A stretch of DNA of 64,000 nucleotides. Source: Eledone cirrhosa (taxonomy: Eukaryota). Positions 52,079 to 64,000 of this stretch are shown here, piece after piece. The first letter of the stretch is position 1, and each line of letters starts with the position of its first letter. Position numbers and translations under genes: made by a program. The notes beneath the pieces were generated by a model. That model was not told the origin of the DNA. It did not search any database and saw only the letters and a program-made list of their open reading frames with translations. The stretch covers positions 52,266,001-52,330,000 of the forward strand of contig OZ024743.1 of the NCBI GenBank assembly GCA_964016885.1. Direction: 5' to 3'.

Positions 52079-52679
52079 TTGGTAGATATGTGGGTAAAGT
52101 CTTTTCCACCCCACCCCATCACTTCCATTTTCCTTGGTATTCACTGACCTACTTCTGGTACCAAAACACCAGGTCTGTTATTTTTGTGTCAGGGGGTTGG
52201 TGGTGGGGGGAGTGGTTGGTTTGGGGGGGGGGGGTAGTAATATCGGTGGTTGTGGTGATGGTGGTGGGGAAGGGGTGATGGTGGGTGTGTGTGGGGTTGT
52301 TATGGAGGTGGTGATAGGAGTGGTGGTGGTAGTGATGGGGGGGGGGGTATAGAGGAGGTGATAGGAGTGGTGGTGGTGGTAGTGATGGGTGGGTTATGGA
52401 GGTGGTGATAGGTGTGGTGGTGGTGGTAGTGGTGGTGATAAGAGTGGAGGTGGTGGTAGTGGTGGTAGTGATGGTGGTGGTGGTGATGGTGGTGATGAGG
52501 TGCTGGTGGTGGTGGTATTGGTGGCGGTGATGGTGGTGGTAGTGGTGTTGGTGGTGGTTGTGGTGATGGTAGAGTTGTTTAGCTGCAATGGTGTTTCTGA
52601 TATGCAGGCTGTGTGGTGGGGTGGTGTTCCATTATTTTGGTGCTAGTTCTAAGGGTGGTGGGTCCTATATTGTTAGTCT

Positions 52680-52880
52680 CTTGTATGCGTATACGTATGT
52701 GTGTGTACCAGAGGGCATTAGCCCCGGTGTTTGCAGAAGAGATAGACCACGAAAAGATCATGGGCAGAGGTGGTGAGAGCAGACCTCAGATCGCTGAAAC
52801 TCACTGAGGAGATGACGAAGGACTTGTCCAACCCTTGCAAGCAGGGAAAAGCGGGCGTAAAATGATGATGATGATGATGA
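52680..52880 (+). mobile_element. RTE family-1 3' fragment
   Basis: Matches ~1560-1720 (gagagcagacctcagatcgctgaaactcac); (GAT)n tail. Confidence 0.75.
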
Positions 52881-53348
52881 TATGTATAAAGCTATGCTTG
52901 AAGTGAAATCCTATTTCTATTATATATATATATGACCAGGTGGACCATAACGTGCCAGAGTACTCGATATTTAGGGTAGTAGAGTGGGTATAGGTTGTGA
53001 TTTCAATTCCCGGACCGGATGATGCGTTATGTCCTTGAGCAACACACTTTATTTCACGTTGCTCCCTCTGCCTGGATTTACAGCTGACTGTATCAGCAAT
53101 TGAAAAGACCAATGGAAACATTGTTTCCTCGGTTCGATTTGACGAGTTCCACCCCATTTGTTAAGCGAATGAGGTCTGGGATCTTGTTGATCAACTGTCG
53201 ATGTCTGGGTGTCAATGAGGGTTTAAGGAATCCATAAAGGGGTTGATGATATGGGGGTGGGGGGTATAGAGAATCCCTTGTGGGTACATTATTATTATTA
53301 TTGCTGTTGTATTTATTCATTAATCCTGTTTTATTTGTCAAACCCTAG

Positions 53349-53446
53349 AGAGAACCAGCTTCAATGATAAACATGTGAAGGAGCTTGAGACATGGATTGA
53401 TGAATACACAGCTGAGTTACCTCCCCTGAAGAATTTCATCCTTCCG
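53349..53446 (+). CDS. MMAB: MMAB exon 6 (98 nt)
   Basis: ccctag acceptor; (K)[32 protein letters not shown]; gtaaat donor. Confidence 0.96.
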
Positions 53447-53984
53447 GTAAATATTGTTGTTTTGTGTGTGTGGTTTATTGCTCTTGGCTTGTCACCATGG
53501 AATATTTGGTGAAAGTCTGCCCACCAGCCTAAAATGTGACCTGACCCATCTATGAGACGTGTTGAAGAAAGTGAGCAAAATATAGTTAGTATTGAATGTG
53601 AGGAAAAGAAATGAAATGAGATGGCTTGGTCATGTGCTGAAGAAGGATAAACGTGATTGAATGGAGATGAATGTGGAAGACAGAAGAAAGAGAAGACCAA
53701 GAATTGCCTGACTAAAGATGAGGGAGGAAATGAAAACCAGGGATTTGTGAGTGGGGATGATAGAACAAAATGGTGAAGCTTGTTATTGGGTTCACAGACC
53801 TTTAGCAGTGAAAATGGCCTTAAAAATCTTTGTTGTTGCATAAGGCCTAAAATTCTAGAAACTTATCCCATAACTTATTTTGTCAACCCCAGAAGGCTAA
53901 ACGCAGAAGTTGACCTTGAAGTGATTTGAACTCAGAACATAAATAACCCTAAGAAAATACTGATCTCCAGCATGCCCTTGATAG

Positions 53985-54730
53985 GTAATGATGCTGAGTG
54001 CTGCATGGCTGGAATGAAAATCAGTGCTGCAAAGACTCAGACATTCGTCCTTTCAGGGAAGCCTCCACAGTTCTCTGTACATGTGAATGGAGTTCCACTG
54101 AAGCAGGTGGAGAAGTTTATCTCGGGGCCGTGTTCATAGTGATGGAAGGCAGGAGGTGGAATTAAGGGCAAGAATTGCAGGAGCTAGTGCAGTAACACGC
54201 CAGCTTAAGCATTTGGTAATCAGAAGGAAGGTTGGTGTAAAAGCCAAACTCGCTATCTTCAATTCGGTATTTGTGCCAATCCTTACCTATGATCATGAAT
54301 CTAGGGTAATGACCGAAAGAATACAATGGCGAATACAAGCAGCTGAAATTGGTTTCTTCCGAAGGGTCTTTGGAGTAACGTTACTCGATAGAGTGCTTAG
54401 CTCAGAGATCACAGAGTCACTCCAGATAGAGGCGGTACTTCTCTGAATTGAGAGATCACAACTCAGATACTATGGACATGTGGTTAGAATGTCTCAAGAA
54501 AGAATTGCTGGACAGATTTTATGGGCAAAACCAACTGGTAGGAGACCCAGGGGTAGATCCCGAGCAAAATGGTTGGATAACATCCATGAATTTGGCTGGT
54601 CTCGCTTGGGGATCCAGCCGGAGCAATTGGAGACGGTTGCTTCTGACAGGACCCCATGGAAGGAGTGTTTGAGGACTCTGCCCCCATGACCCTCTCAGGA
54701 ATAAATGGGTGAAGAAGAAGAAGAAGAGAA
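53985..54730 (+). mobile_element. 5'-truncated LINE of a third (RTE-like) family with (GAA)n tail
   Basis: RARIAGAS..KLAIFNSVFVPILTYDHES..RIQAAEIGFFRRV..KPTGRRPRGRSRAKW; decayed pieces at ~24930-25180 and ~28430-28770. Confidence 0.85.
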
Positions 54731-54770
54731 GATATATATATTTATGTCATATAGACACATATATAACTGT

Positions 54771-55075
54771 TTAACCCTTTAGCATTCACATTATTTTATA
54801 TATATACTATTATATTTTCATTGTAAAGGCTTTACCTCACATAATTACCTCACATAATTACCTCACATAATTACCTCACATAATTATCTCACATAATTAT
54901 CTCACATAATTATCTCACATAATATCGAATCTATGAGATTTTGAAAATATTTATTTTGAGAACAATACCTTAACATCAGTATGAGCGACCATATACAGCC
55001 AGTTTCAACAGAAAGAGGTAGAGAATTCTGGCCGGTTTGGACCGCTTTGGGCCAGTTTGAACATTAAAGGGTTAA
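54771..55075. mobile_element. TTAA-flanked MITE family 1 with an internal 13-bp tandem amplification
   Basis: ttaaccctttagc ... taaagggttaa; (a(c/t)ctcacataatt)n at ~54834-54922. Confidence 0.78.
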
Positions 55076-55578
55076 TGCATATATTTATACATCTGTGTGT
55101 ATGTATATCTGCATGTATGATAAAGGGTGGAAGCACTCATAAGAGTCAACGGCCATCCAAAAATATGTAAATATGTATATACATGTATGCATGTGTATAT
55201 ATGTATATATATGTATATGTGTGTATACATGTATGCATGTGTATATATATATATATATGTATATGTGTGTATTCATGTATGCATGTGTATGAGTATGCGC
55301 GGGGACATAGAAATAGTCGGGCTGGACATCCAATCACGCGGTTAATCCACTGGGAGTGAAGGACCCCTAGCCCTTGTCATGGCATTCTTCTAGGAGAAGG
55401 TAACTCAGGAAACTCGGATAACTCCGAGATAAAACCTGTGGCTCAGTAGTTACCGGTGATGTTGATCTTTTCTTCTTTTCGGGTTATAGCTACTGTCGCT
55501 CAGAGAGTGGGATTGGCTCAGTGCACAGTCTTTCCTCACTTTAAAAAAATCTTTACGGACAGGCATTGCACGATAGAA

Positions 55579-55796
55579 TTAATTAATAATTAATTGTTTC
55601 TACTTTTTGGCACAAGGCCAGCAATTACCCAGTACATTACTGGTACTTTATTTTATCGACCCTGTAAGGATGAAAGGCAAAGTTAACCTCGGCGGGATTT
55701 GAACTCAGATCATAAAGGGACATAACTATGCTAGAAAGCATGGCGTCTGACCCTCTACTGATACTGCCAATCCACCGCCCTTAATTAATAATTAAT
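55579..55796 (-). mobile_element. SINE family A with 16-bp target-site duplication
   Basis: ttaattaataattaat at 55579-55594 and 55781-55796. Confidence 0.9.
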
Positions 55797-56107
55797 AATG
55801 TTATATCGTGCAATGGCCATACTCGATAACGAGGGGGCAGCCATCATCATGTATGAGTATATACACACATAGCACACACACACAGCACACACCGGGGGTA
55901 TACACACACAGCACACACACGGGGTATACACACACAGCACACACACTTGTATGAGCTATATATGAGATAATATGCAGGTTTTTAATTAACCAATCACTCG
56001 ACTAGTGTCCATGTGCATCTCATCTACCAAAGTAACTTCTGCACATGATTTACATAACATTTCACACTGCAACTAATGTAACACTTTCATGTAAGACAAC
56101 TGTATAA

Positions 56108-56682
56108 ATGGTGTTGTTGGTGGTGTTGGTGTTGTTGGTGGTGTTGGTGGTGGTGTTGGTGGTGGTTGTGGTGGTGGTGTTGGTGGTGGTGTTGTTGTTG
56201 GTGATATTGGTGTTGGTGGTGGTGGTGGTGTTGGTGGTGGTTGTGGTGGTGGTGTTGGTGGTGGTGTTGTTGTTGGTGATATTGGTGTTGGTGGTGGTGT
56301 TGGTGGTGGTGTTGTTGTTGGTGATATTGGTGTTGGTGGTGGTGGTGGTGTTGGTGGTGGTGTTAGTGGTGGTTTTGGTGTTGGTGATGTTGGTGGTGGT
56401 GGTGGTGTTGGTGGTGGTGTTGGTGTTGTTAATGTTACTGGTAGTGGTGGGAGAATTGCTGGTGATGGTGGTGGTATTAGTAATGGCCATGGTGTTCATA
56501 GCAGTATTGTTGATGATGGTGATGATAGTAGTAGTGGTGGTGGTGGTGATGGTGATGATAATAGTAGTGGTGGTGGTGGTGGTGGTGGTGATAATAATAG
56601 TGGTGGTGGTGGTGGTGGTGGTGATAGTTGTAGTGGTGGTGGTGGTGATGGTGATGATAATAGGAGTGGTGGTGGTGGTGTT
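56108..56682. repeat. (GGT/GTT)n degenerate trinucleotide tract
   Basis: Direct reading. Confidence 0.92.
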
Positions 56683-56867
56683 GAGTATATTGGGGGGGGG
56701 CCTGCTGTTTCTAAGAAATTGTGGGAGGGAGTGTGTGTATGTGTTGTGTAGTATATGTGAGCAGATTTACACACACATACATCTTGAAGAATCACACAGA
56801 CACATGGTCTTGCACATACTTGATCTGAACCGATGCTAAGATGCTGACAGCTTTGACAGTAAGTCTT

Positions 56868-57890
56868 ACACACACACATACACACACATACATCCACACA
56901 CACACACACATCCACACACACACATCCACACGCACACACACATCCACACGCATCCATACACACACACACATCCACACACACACACATACAGACACACGCA
57001 CATCCACACACATGTACACACATACACACACACATACATCCACACACACACACACACATCCACACACACGTACACACATACATCCACACACATGTACACA
57101 CACGTACACACAACAGACATCCACACACACACATCCACATCCACACACACACACACACATCCACACACACACACATACAGACACACGCACATCCACACAC
57201 ATGTACACACATACACAGACACATACATCCACACACACATACACACACACATACATCCACACACACACACACATCCACACACACGTACACACAGACATCC
57301 ACACACATGTACACACACACGCACACACAACAGACATCCACACACACACACACGTACACACAGACATCCAGACACACACACCCACATCCACACACACACA
57401 CACATGCTTACATACACAGACATCCACACACACACACATCCACACACACACACACACATACACACAGACATCCACACACACACACACATCCACACACACG
57501 CACACACACACACACACACACGCATCCACACACGTACACACAAACATGCTTACATACACAGACATCCACACACACACATCCACACAGACGTACACACACA
57601 GACGTACACACAGACGTACACACAGACGTACACACACAGACGTACACACAGACGTACACACAGACGTACACACACAGACGTACACACACAGACGTACACA
57701 CACAGACGTACACACAGACGTACACACAGACGTACACACACAGACGTACACACACAGACGTACACACACAGACGTACACACACAGACGTACACACACAGA
57801 CGTACACACACAGACGTACACACACAGACGTACACACAGACGTACACACACAGACGTACACACACAGACGTACACACAGACATCCACACA
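56868..57890. repeat. Compound (CA)n tract with catcc and cagacgta modules
   Basis: Direct reading. Confidence 0.92.
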
Positions 57891-58034
57891 TACCTCCATA
57901 TCCATACCACATCTCATATTGGCCAATCCTTGCAGTGGTACCATCGTTACCAACAATGTCTGTCTATAGATTGGTTGTCTAATACTTATTTCTCTCATTC
58001 TTAAGTTACTGACTTACTATATACACACACATAT

Positions 58035-58066
<32 letters not shown>

Positions 58067-58329
58067 GTATGTTTGTATATATATATATATATATATAGCA
58101 GAGAAACCTTTTATTGTCTTAAAGAAAATGGAAATAAATATTTAAGAAACCACACATACACACAGATATATATATATATACATATTTGTGTATATACAGA
58201 ATGCATAGTTACATATACATACCCATATACATACATGTATTACATACTTGTATATATATATATATATATATATAAGGTATATATATATATTTATATATAT
58301 ATGAGGATATATAATATATATATATATAT

Positions 58330-58377
<48 letters not shown>

Positions 58378-58951
58378 ATATATATATATATATAAGGTAT
58401 ATATATATATATATATCCGCTTTTTCCCTGCTTGGGAATATATATGAGGTATATATATATATATATAAGGTGTATATATATAATCATCATCATCATTTCA
58501 TTTTACGTCCGCTTTTTCCATGCTTGCAAGGGTGGGACGGGAACTGATTCTGGCTTGATATCTACAGCTGGATGCCCTTCCTAACACCAACCTCATTTAC
58601 AGTGAGTGCTGGGTGCTTTTTTGCCGTGGTACCTCCACGACCACTTTGCAGTGGAATGATAGGGACCCCAGTCCCTAACATCTCATTTCTACAGCTGAGT
58701 AAACTGGAGCAATGTGAAATAAAGTGTCTTGCTCAAGGAAACAACACATCACCTGCTCAAGGAAACAAATGTATATATATATATACCTTATATATATATA
58801 TATAAGGTATATATATATATATATATATATGATATTAACAAATGTAAACTATATATATGAAAGCTCCCGGAAGCTCCCGGGAGCTTCCAACAGTAATGGT
58901 TGCATTCTTTAAGGGTATGTCAATATTTATTTATAAAACTGCTCTATATTA

Positions 58952-59016
58952 TATTTTATCTGATGAAAGCACACCATAATTTAACTTGGTGTCCTTGAAA
59001 TATGTATAATGAAATA
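58952..59016 (+). ncRNA. Minimal type-I hammerhead ribozyme fold
   Basis: TATTTTAT-CTGATGA-AAG c ACACCA-loop-TGGTGT c CTT-GAA-ATATGTAT-A-ATGAAATA: intact core boxes, 8-bp stem I with one G.U, quasi-palindromic stem III, AUA cleavage triplet. Confidence 0.72.
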
Positions 59017-59143
59017 AATATGGTTTTATAAATATAGTTTCCATTTGTTAATATCGTATTTTTACTCCAATTATTTGTTGAGTGCTTTATATCAGTTATA
59101 AAAATATTTGCTTGTTGTATCCCAACAATTTAAATAGAACTTT

Positions 59144-59214
<71 letters not shown>

Positions 59215-59244
59215 AGATCAAAAGATGGTTAAAAGAGTTCCATG

Positions 59245-59315
59245 TATTTTATTATGCGCATTTCAAAAACAAATATCATCATGAGATGACATTTGCGTTT
59301 TCATCAGATAAAATA
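59245..59315 (-). ncRNA. Minimal type-I hammerhead ribozyme fold
   Basis: Minus strand TATTTTAT-CTGATGA-AAACGCAAATGTCATC-tcat-GATGATATTTGTTTTT-GAA-ATGCGCAT-A-ATAAAATA: perfect 8-bp stem I, long stem II, palindromic stem III, AUA triplet. Confidence 0.82.
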
Positions 59316-59437
59316 GGGATACATGATATGAAGGTTAAAAAGCACTTGTGAATAGTGGAGTTTTAAATCAACATAAGTTTTAATCAACTTATCCGATATC
59401 TGCATTGCTTTATTGTACTACAATAAAACTCACCTCC

Positions 59438-59506
<69 letters not shown>

Positions 59507-59560
59507 CGTTTCTGAATTTGTTTAACAAGATTCTTTATCTGAAAACGTGTGTTGAAACCG

Positions 59561-59856
59561 ATATTGTTATACTTTGGGAGGGTCATGTTGCCAATAAGAA
59601 ACACACGCACCAGTTGCTTTCACTTCAATTTATTATAATAAATTTATAAATTTAGGAATTTATAAATTTCCGGTTGGTTGGTTGGTTCCACAACCAGATG
59701 GTTGTTTATATATATATATAACCATCTGGTTGTGGAACCAACCAACCAACCGGAAATTTATAAATTCCTAAATTTATAAATTTATTATAATAAATTGAAG
59801 TGAAAGCAACTGGTGCGTGTGTTTCTTATTTGCAACATGACCCTCCCAAAGTATAG

Positions 59857-59862
<6 letters not shown>
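59561..59862. repeat. Fold-back palindrome with 143-bp arms and a 16-nt spacer
   Basis: 59561-59703 is the reverse complement of 59720-59862; 2 mismatches by eye. Confidence 0.95.
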
Positions 59863-59901
<39 letters not shown>

Positions 59902-60011
59902 ATATATATAAGGTATCTCCATATTTAAGACTTGAACCACTGTTCACCTCACTCACTGTGTCCTATAGTACTACTAAAGTGAACTAGTGCAGTTTAGATA
60001 GAATTATGGAC

Positions 60012-60712
60012 TTAGTAACTGCAGTAGTAATAGTAGCAGTTCTAGTGGTAGCTGTAGCATTAGTACTAATGGTGGTGATGGTAGTAACATTAATAGTAGT
60101 AGTAGTAGTAATAACAGTAATAGTAGTGGTAGTAGTAGTTGTAGAAGTAGTAACAGTTGTAGTAATAGTGGTAGTAGTTGTAGAAGTAGTAATAACAGTA
60201 ATGGTAGTAGTGGTTGTAGTAGTAACTATTTTCAAATTGCAAGTTTCCTTGATTCATTGTTATAACTAAATTGGTGATGGTAATCATGTTTATGGTGATG
60301 ATGATGGTGGTGATGATGGTGGTGGTGGTGTTGGTGGTTTGGTGGTGATAGTGATGGTGGTGGTGGTGATGGTGGTGTTGTTGTTGGTGGTGATGGTGGT
60401 GGTGACTGGTGATGATGGTGGTGGTGGTGGTGGTGACTGGTGATGATGGTGGTGATGGTGTTGGTGGTGGTGACTGGTGATGATGATGGTGGTGGTGGTG
60501 GTGGTAACTGGTGAGGATGATGAGGAAGATAATGGTGGTTATGGTAATGATAACGATGGTGGTGGTGATGATGGTGATAATGTTAATTATGATGATGAGG
60601 ATGATGATATTGACACTGATTACAATGATGATGACAATGACTGTGATGATGATGATAATGATGACAATGACTGTGATGATGATAATGATTGTGATGATGT
60701 TGATGATGGTGA
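60012..60712. repeat. Successive (GTA)n, (GGT)n and (GAT)n degenerate tracts directly upstream of MMAB exon 7
   Basis: Direct reading. Confidence 0.9.
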
Positions 60713-60730
60713 TTTATTTTTAATTTTCAG

Positions 60731-60795
60731 TCTGGCGGAAAAGCTGCTGCCTCCCTCCACATGGCTAGATCAATTTGTCGACGAGCTGAACGAAC
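60731..60795 (+). CDS. MMAB: MMAB exon 7 (65 nt)
   Basis: ttttcag acceptor; SGGKAAASLHMARSICRRAER, containing the conserved RRAER motif; gtgagt donor. Confidence 0.96.
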
Positions 60796-60802
60796 GTGAG
60801 TA

Positions 60803-62680
60803 ACATTACCCCATCATGCAATATTATATAGCAGGAAACCCTTCCTGGTGTCAACTATCCCATCATGCAATATTAAAGGGCAGGAAACACTTCCTGATGT
60901 CAACTATCCCATCATGCAATATTATATAGCAGGAAACCCTTCCTGGTGTCAACTATCCCATCATGCAATATTATATAGCAGGAAACCCTTCCTGGTGTCA
61001 ACTATCCCATCATGCAATATTAAAGGGCAGGAAACCCTTCCTGGTGTCAACTATCCCATCATGCAATATTATATAGCAGGAAACCCTTCCTGGTGTCAAC
61101 TATCCCATCATGCAATATTAAAGGGCAGGAAACACTTCCTGATGTCAACTATCCCATCATGCAATATTATATAGCAGGAAACCCTTCCTGGTGTCAACTA
61201 TCCCATCATGCAATATTATATAGCAGGAAACCTTTCCTGGTGTCAACTATCCCATCATGCAATATTATATAGCAGGAAACCCTTCCTGATGTCAACTATC
61301 CCATCATGCAATATTATATAGCAGGAAACCCTTCCTGGTGTCAACTATCCCATCATGCAATATTATATAGCATGAAACCCTTCCTGGTGTCAACTATCCC
61401 ATCATGCAATATTATATAGTAGGAAACCCTTCCTGATGTCAACTATCCCATCATGCAATATTATATAGCAGGAAACCCTTCCTGGTGTCAACTATCCCAT
61501 CATGCAATATTATATAGCAGGAAACCCTTCCTGGTGTCAACTATCCCATCATGCAATATTAAAGGGCAAGAAACCCTTCCTGGTGTCAACTATCCCATCA
61601 TGCAATATTATATAGCAGGAAACCCTTCCTGATGTCAACTATCCCATCATGCAATATTAAAGGGCAGGAAACCGTTCCTGGTGTCAACTATCCCATCATG
61701 CAATATTATATAGCAGGAAACCCTTCCTGGTGTCAACTATCCCATCATGCAATATTATATAGCAGGAAACCCTTCCTGGTGTCAACTATCCCATCATGCA
61801 ATATTATATAGCAGGAAACCCTTCCTGGTGTCAACTATCCCATCATGCAATATTATATAGCAGGAAACCCTTCCTGGTGTCAACTATCCCATCATGCAAT
61901 ATTATATAGCAGGAAACCGTTCCTGGTGTCAACTATCCCATCATGCAATATTATATAGCAGGAAACCCTTCCTGGTGTCAACTATCCCATCATGCAATAT
62001 TATATAGCAGGAAACCCTTCCTGGTGTCAACTATCCCATCATGCAATATTATATAGCAGGAAACCGTTCCTGGTGTCAACTATCCCATCATGCAATATTA
62101 AAGGGCAAGAAACCCTTCCTGGTGTCAACTATCTCATCATGCAATATTATATAGCAGGAAACCGTTCCTGGTGTCAACTATCCCATCATGCAATATTAAA
62201 GGGCAGGAAACCCTTCCTGGTGTCAACTATCCCATCATGCAATATTATATAGCAGGAAACCGTTCCTGGTGTCAACTATCCCATCATGCAATATTATATA
62301 CCAGGAAACCGTTCCTGGTGTCAACTATCCCATCATGCAATATTATATAGCAGGAAACCGTTCCTGGTGTCAACTATCCCATCATGCAATATTATATACC
62401 AGGAAACCGTTCCTGGTGTCAACTATCCCATCATGCAATATTAAAGGGCAGGAAACCCTTCCTGGTGTCAACTATCCCATCATGCAATATTATATAGCAG
62501 GAAACCGTTCCTGGTGTCAACTATGCCATCATGCAATATTATATACCAGGAAACCGTTCCTGGTGTCAACTATCCCATCATGCAATATTATATACCAGGA
62601 AACCGTTCCTGGTGTCAACTATCCCATCATGCAATATTATATGACTAGAAACCATCTCGAGGCAAACTATCCCATGATGC
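60803..62680. repeat. 49-bp minisatellite array, ~38 units, starting at the exon-7 donor
   Basis: Unit cccatcatgcaatatta(tata/aagg)gcaggaaacc(c/g)ttcctggtgtcaactat. Confidence 0.97.
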
Positions 62681-63502
62681 AGTATTCTACAGTTAGATGC
62701 CCTTTCTACTGACAACCTATTTCATGATACATCATTCTGTGACTTGATGTCACCCCTTGATTGTTTTCAAATATGGTGTCCAATCCACCTGTCTTTACCT
62801 GTCAAAGGGGTGAGCTGTGGGACATATTGCTTATGCAGGACATAAACAGACCTCACTCACTGCCCAAGCAGTATCAATGTAAAGGCACACATGGAGAAAA
62901 AACACACACACACACACATACACATGTACACACACAATAGGTTTCTGTACATCTTTTGTTTACTAAATTTCACATACAAGGCATTAGTCAGCCTGAGGCT
63001 TGGTATCTATAGTATAAAACACTTGTACAAGGTGCCATGCAGTGGGATTGAACCTGAAAACAGTTGTGAAGCGAACTCGCTAACTACATAGCCATGTCAG
63101 CTTATAATTTTGGACTGCTATCATTTTAATAAATTTGTTACATAAAGAATTTACAGCTATTTGATACGAAACCAGGTGAAACCACCCTTGGTTATATAAA
63201 GTTGTTTGTTGTCATATCTTTATACCTGCCCATCATAATTTTATGTAACATATGTTATGTTATGTTCCAAACAGAAAGTTATATTAAAAAAAGTTTTCAT
63301 TTTCTTAATTAGTTTCAAAATTATTTGAAAATAATTTCTATCATAATTTATAATTTTATGTATTAACCTTTGTTATGTTATGTTCCAAGTGTCAAATTAA
63401 TTGTTAGAAAATAATCTATCTTCTTCCAAATTCTTGATTATGTTAAAAATTATTTGAAAACTATAAGCAGTGTATTTCATTAGAAATATGGTAACAAAAA
63501 GG

Positions 63503-63731
63503 TTAACCCTTTAGCATTTACATTACTCTCTATACACTATTGTATTTTTGTGGTAAAGGTTTTATCTTACATAATTATCTCACATAATATTGAATCTACG
63601 AGATTTTGATATTATCTATTTTGATAATAATACCTTAATGTCAGTATAGGCAGCCAGTTATGGCCAGTTTAGATAGAAAGAGGTGAGAGAATTCTAGCCG
63701 GATATGGCCGGTTTAAATGCTAAAGGGTTAA
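63503..63731. mobile_element. TTAA-flanked MITE family 1, sharing its left TTAA with a family-2 element
   Basis: ..caaaaaggTTAAccctttagc ... gctaaagggTTAA. Confidence 0.78.
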
Positions 63732-63761
63732 CAAATAATGTGTGTGTTTCTTTTATGTTAG

Positions 63762-63821
63762 TGTGGCCCCACTTGTGAGGAACGATGAGATGGATCCTTC
63801 TGCTCTGCAGTATTTAAACAG
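63762..63821 (+). CDS. MMAB: MMAB exon 8 (60 nt); gene continues beyond the window
   Basis: ttttatgttag acceptor; (T)VAPLVRNDEMDPSALQYLN(R); gtaagt donor. Confidence 0.93.
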
Positions 63822-64000
63822 GTAAGTTCACCTTCTTAGATAACTGGGACAATCAATCAGCCTGAGATCTTTACTTTACAGACAGAACAATACAGGGGTG
63901 ATATCTTAAAAGACATCTTCAGATAACAGAAGCTCCTTGTCACAGTGTATAATGACAGAGCTCTCTCTTACTCTCACGTGACCTGAGATTCTGTTATGAC

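Noticed and set aside
56062-58004. Poly-Val, poly-Thr and His-Thr ORFs (also at 39171-39917 and 60006-60803)
   Set aside because: Translations of di- and trinucleotide microsatellites

Overview
Eukaryotic, AT-rich, microsatellite- and transposon-dense genomic DNA. The SINE/LINE repertoire and (TA)n/(CA)n/(CAT)n density suggest a coleoid cephalopod, probably an octopus (inference). Two protein-coding genes are well supported, both on the + strand. TRAPPC2/sedlin has an intronless CDS at 26506-26937. MMAB (mitochondrial ATP:cob(I)alamin adenosyltransferase) has 8 coding exons that I assembled by hand between 32040 and 63821; its last exon lies beyond the window. The rest is mobile and repetitive DNA: a decayed RTE-clade LINE with a PHD-type finger inside its RT, many RTE 3' fragments, two tRNA-derived SINE families, TTAA-flanked piggyBac-like MITEs, and an internally deleted Helitron carrying a 2.2-kb scrambled C/A-rich array. 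There are also large minisatellites of 41, 47, 30 and 49 bp. The most interesting unannotated signal is a set of minimal type-I hammerhead ribozyme folds of the Penelope-like/retrozyme kind. These include a convergent intact-looking pair in MMAB intron 6, next to a near-perfect 143-bp fold-back palindrome. Several other long inverted repeats would make dsRNA in the MMAB pre-mRNA. Almost all long ORFs in the track are repeat artefacts.
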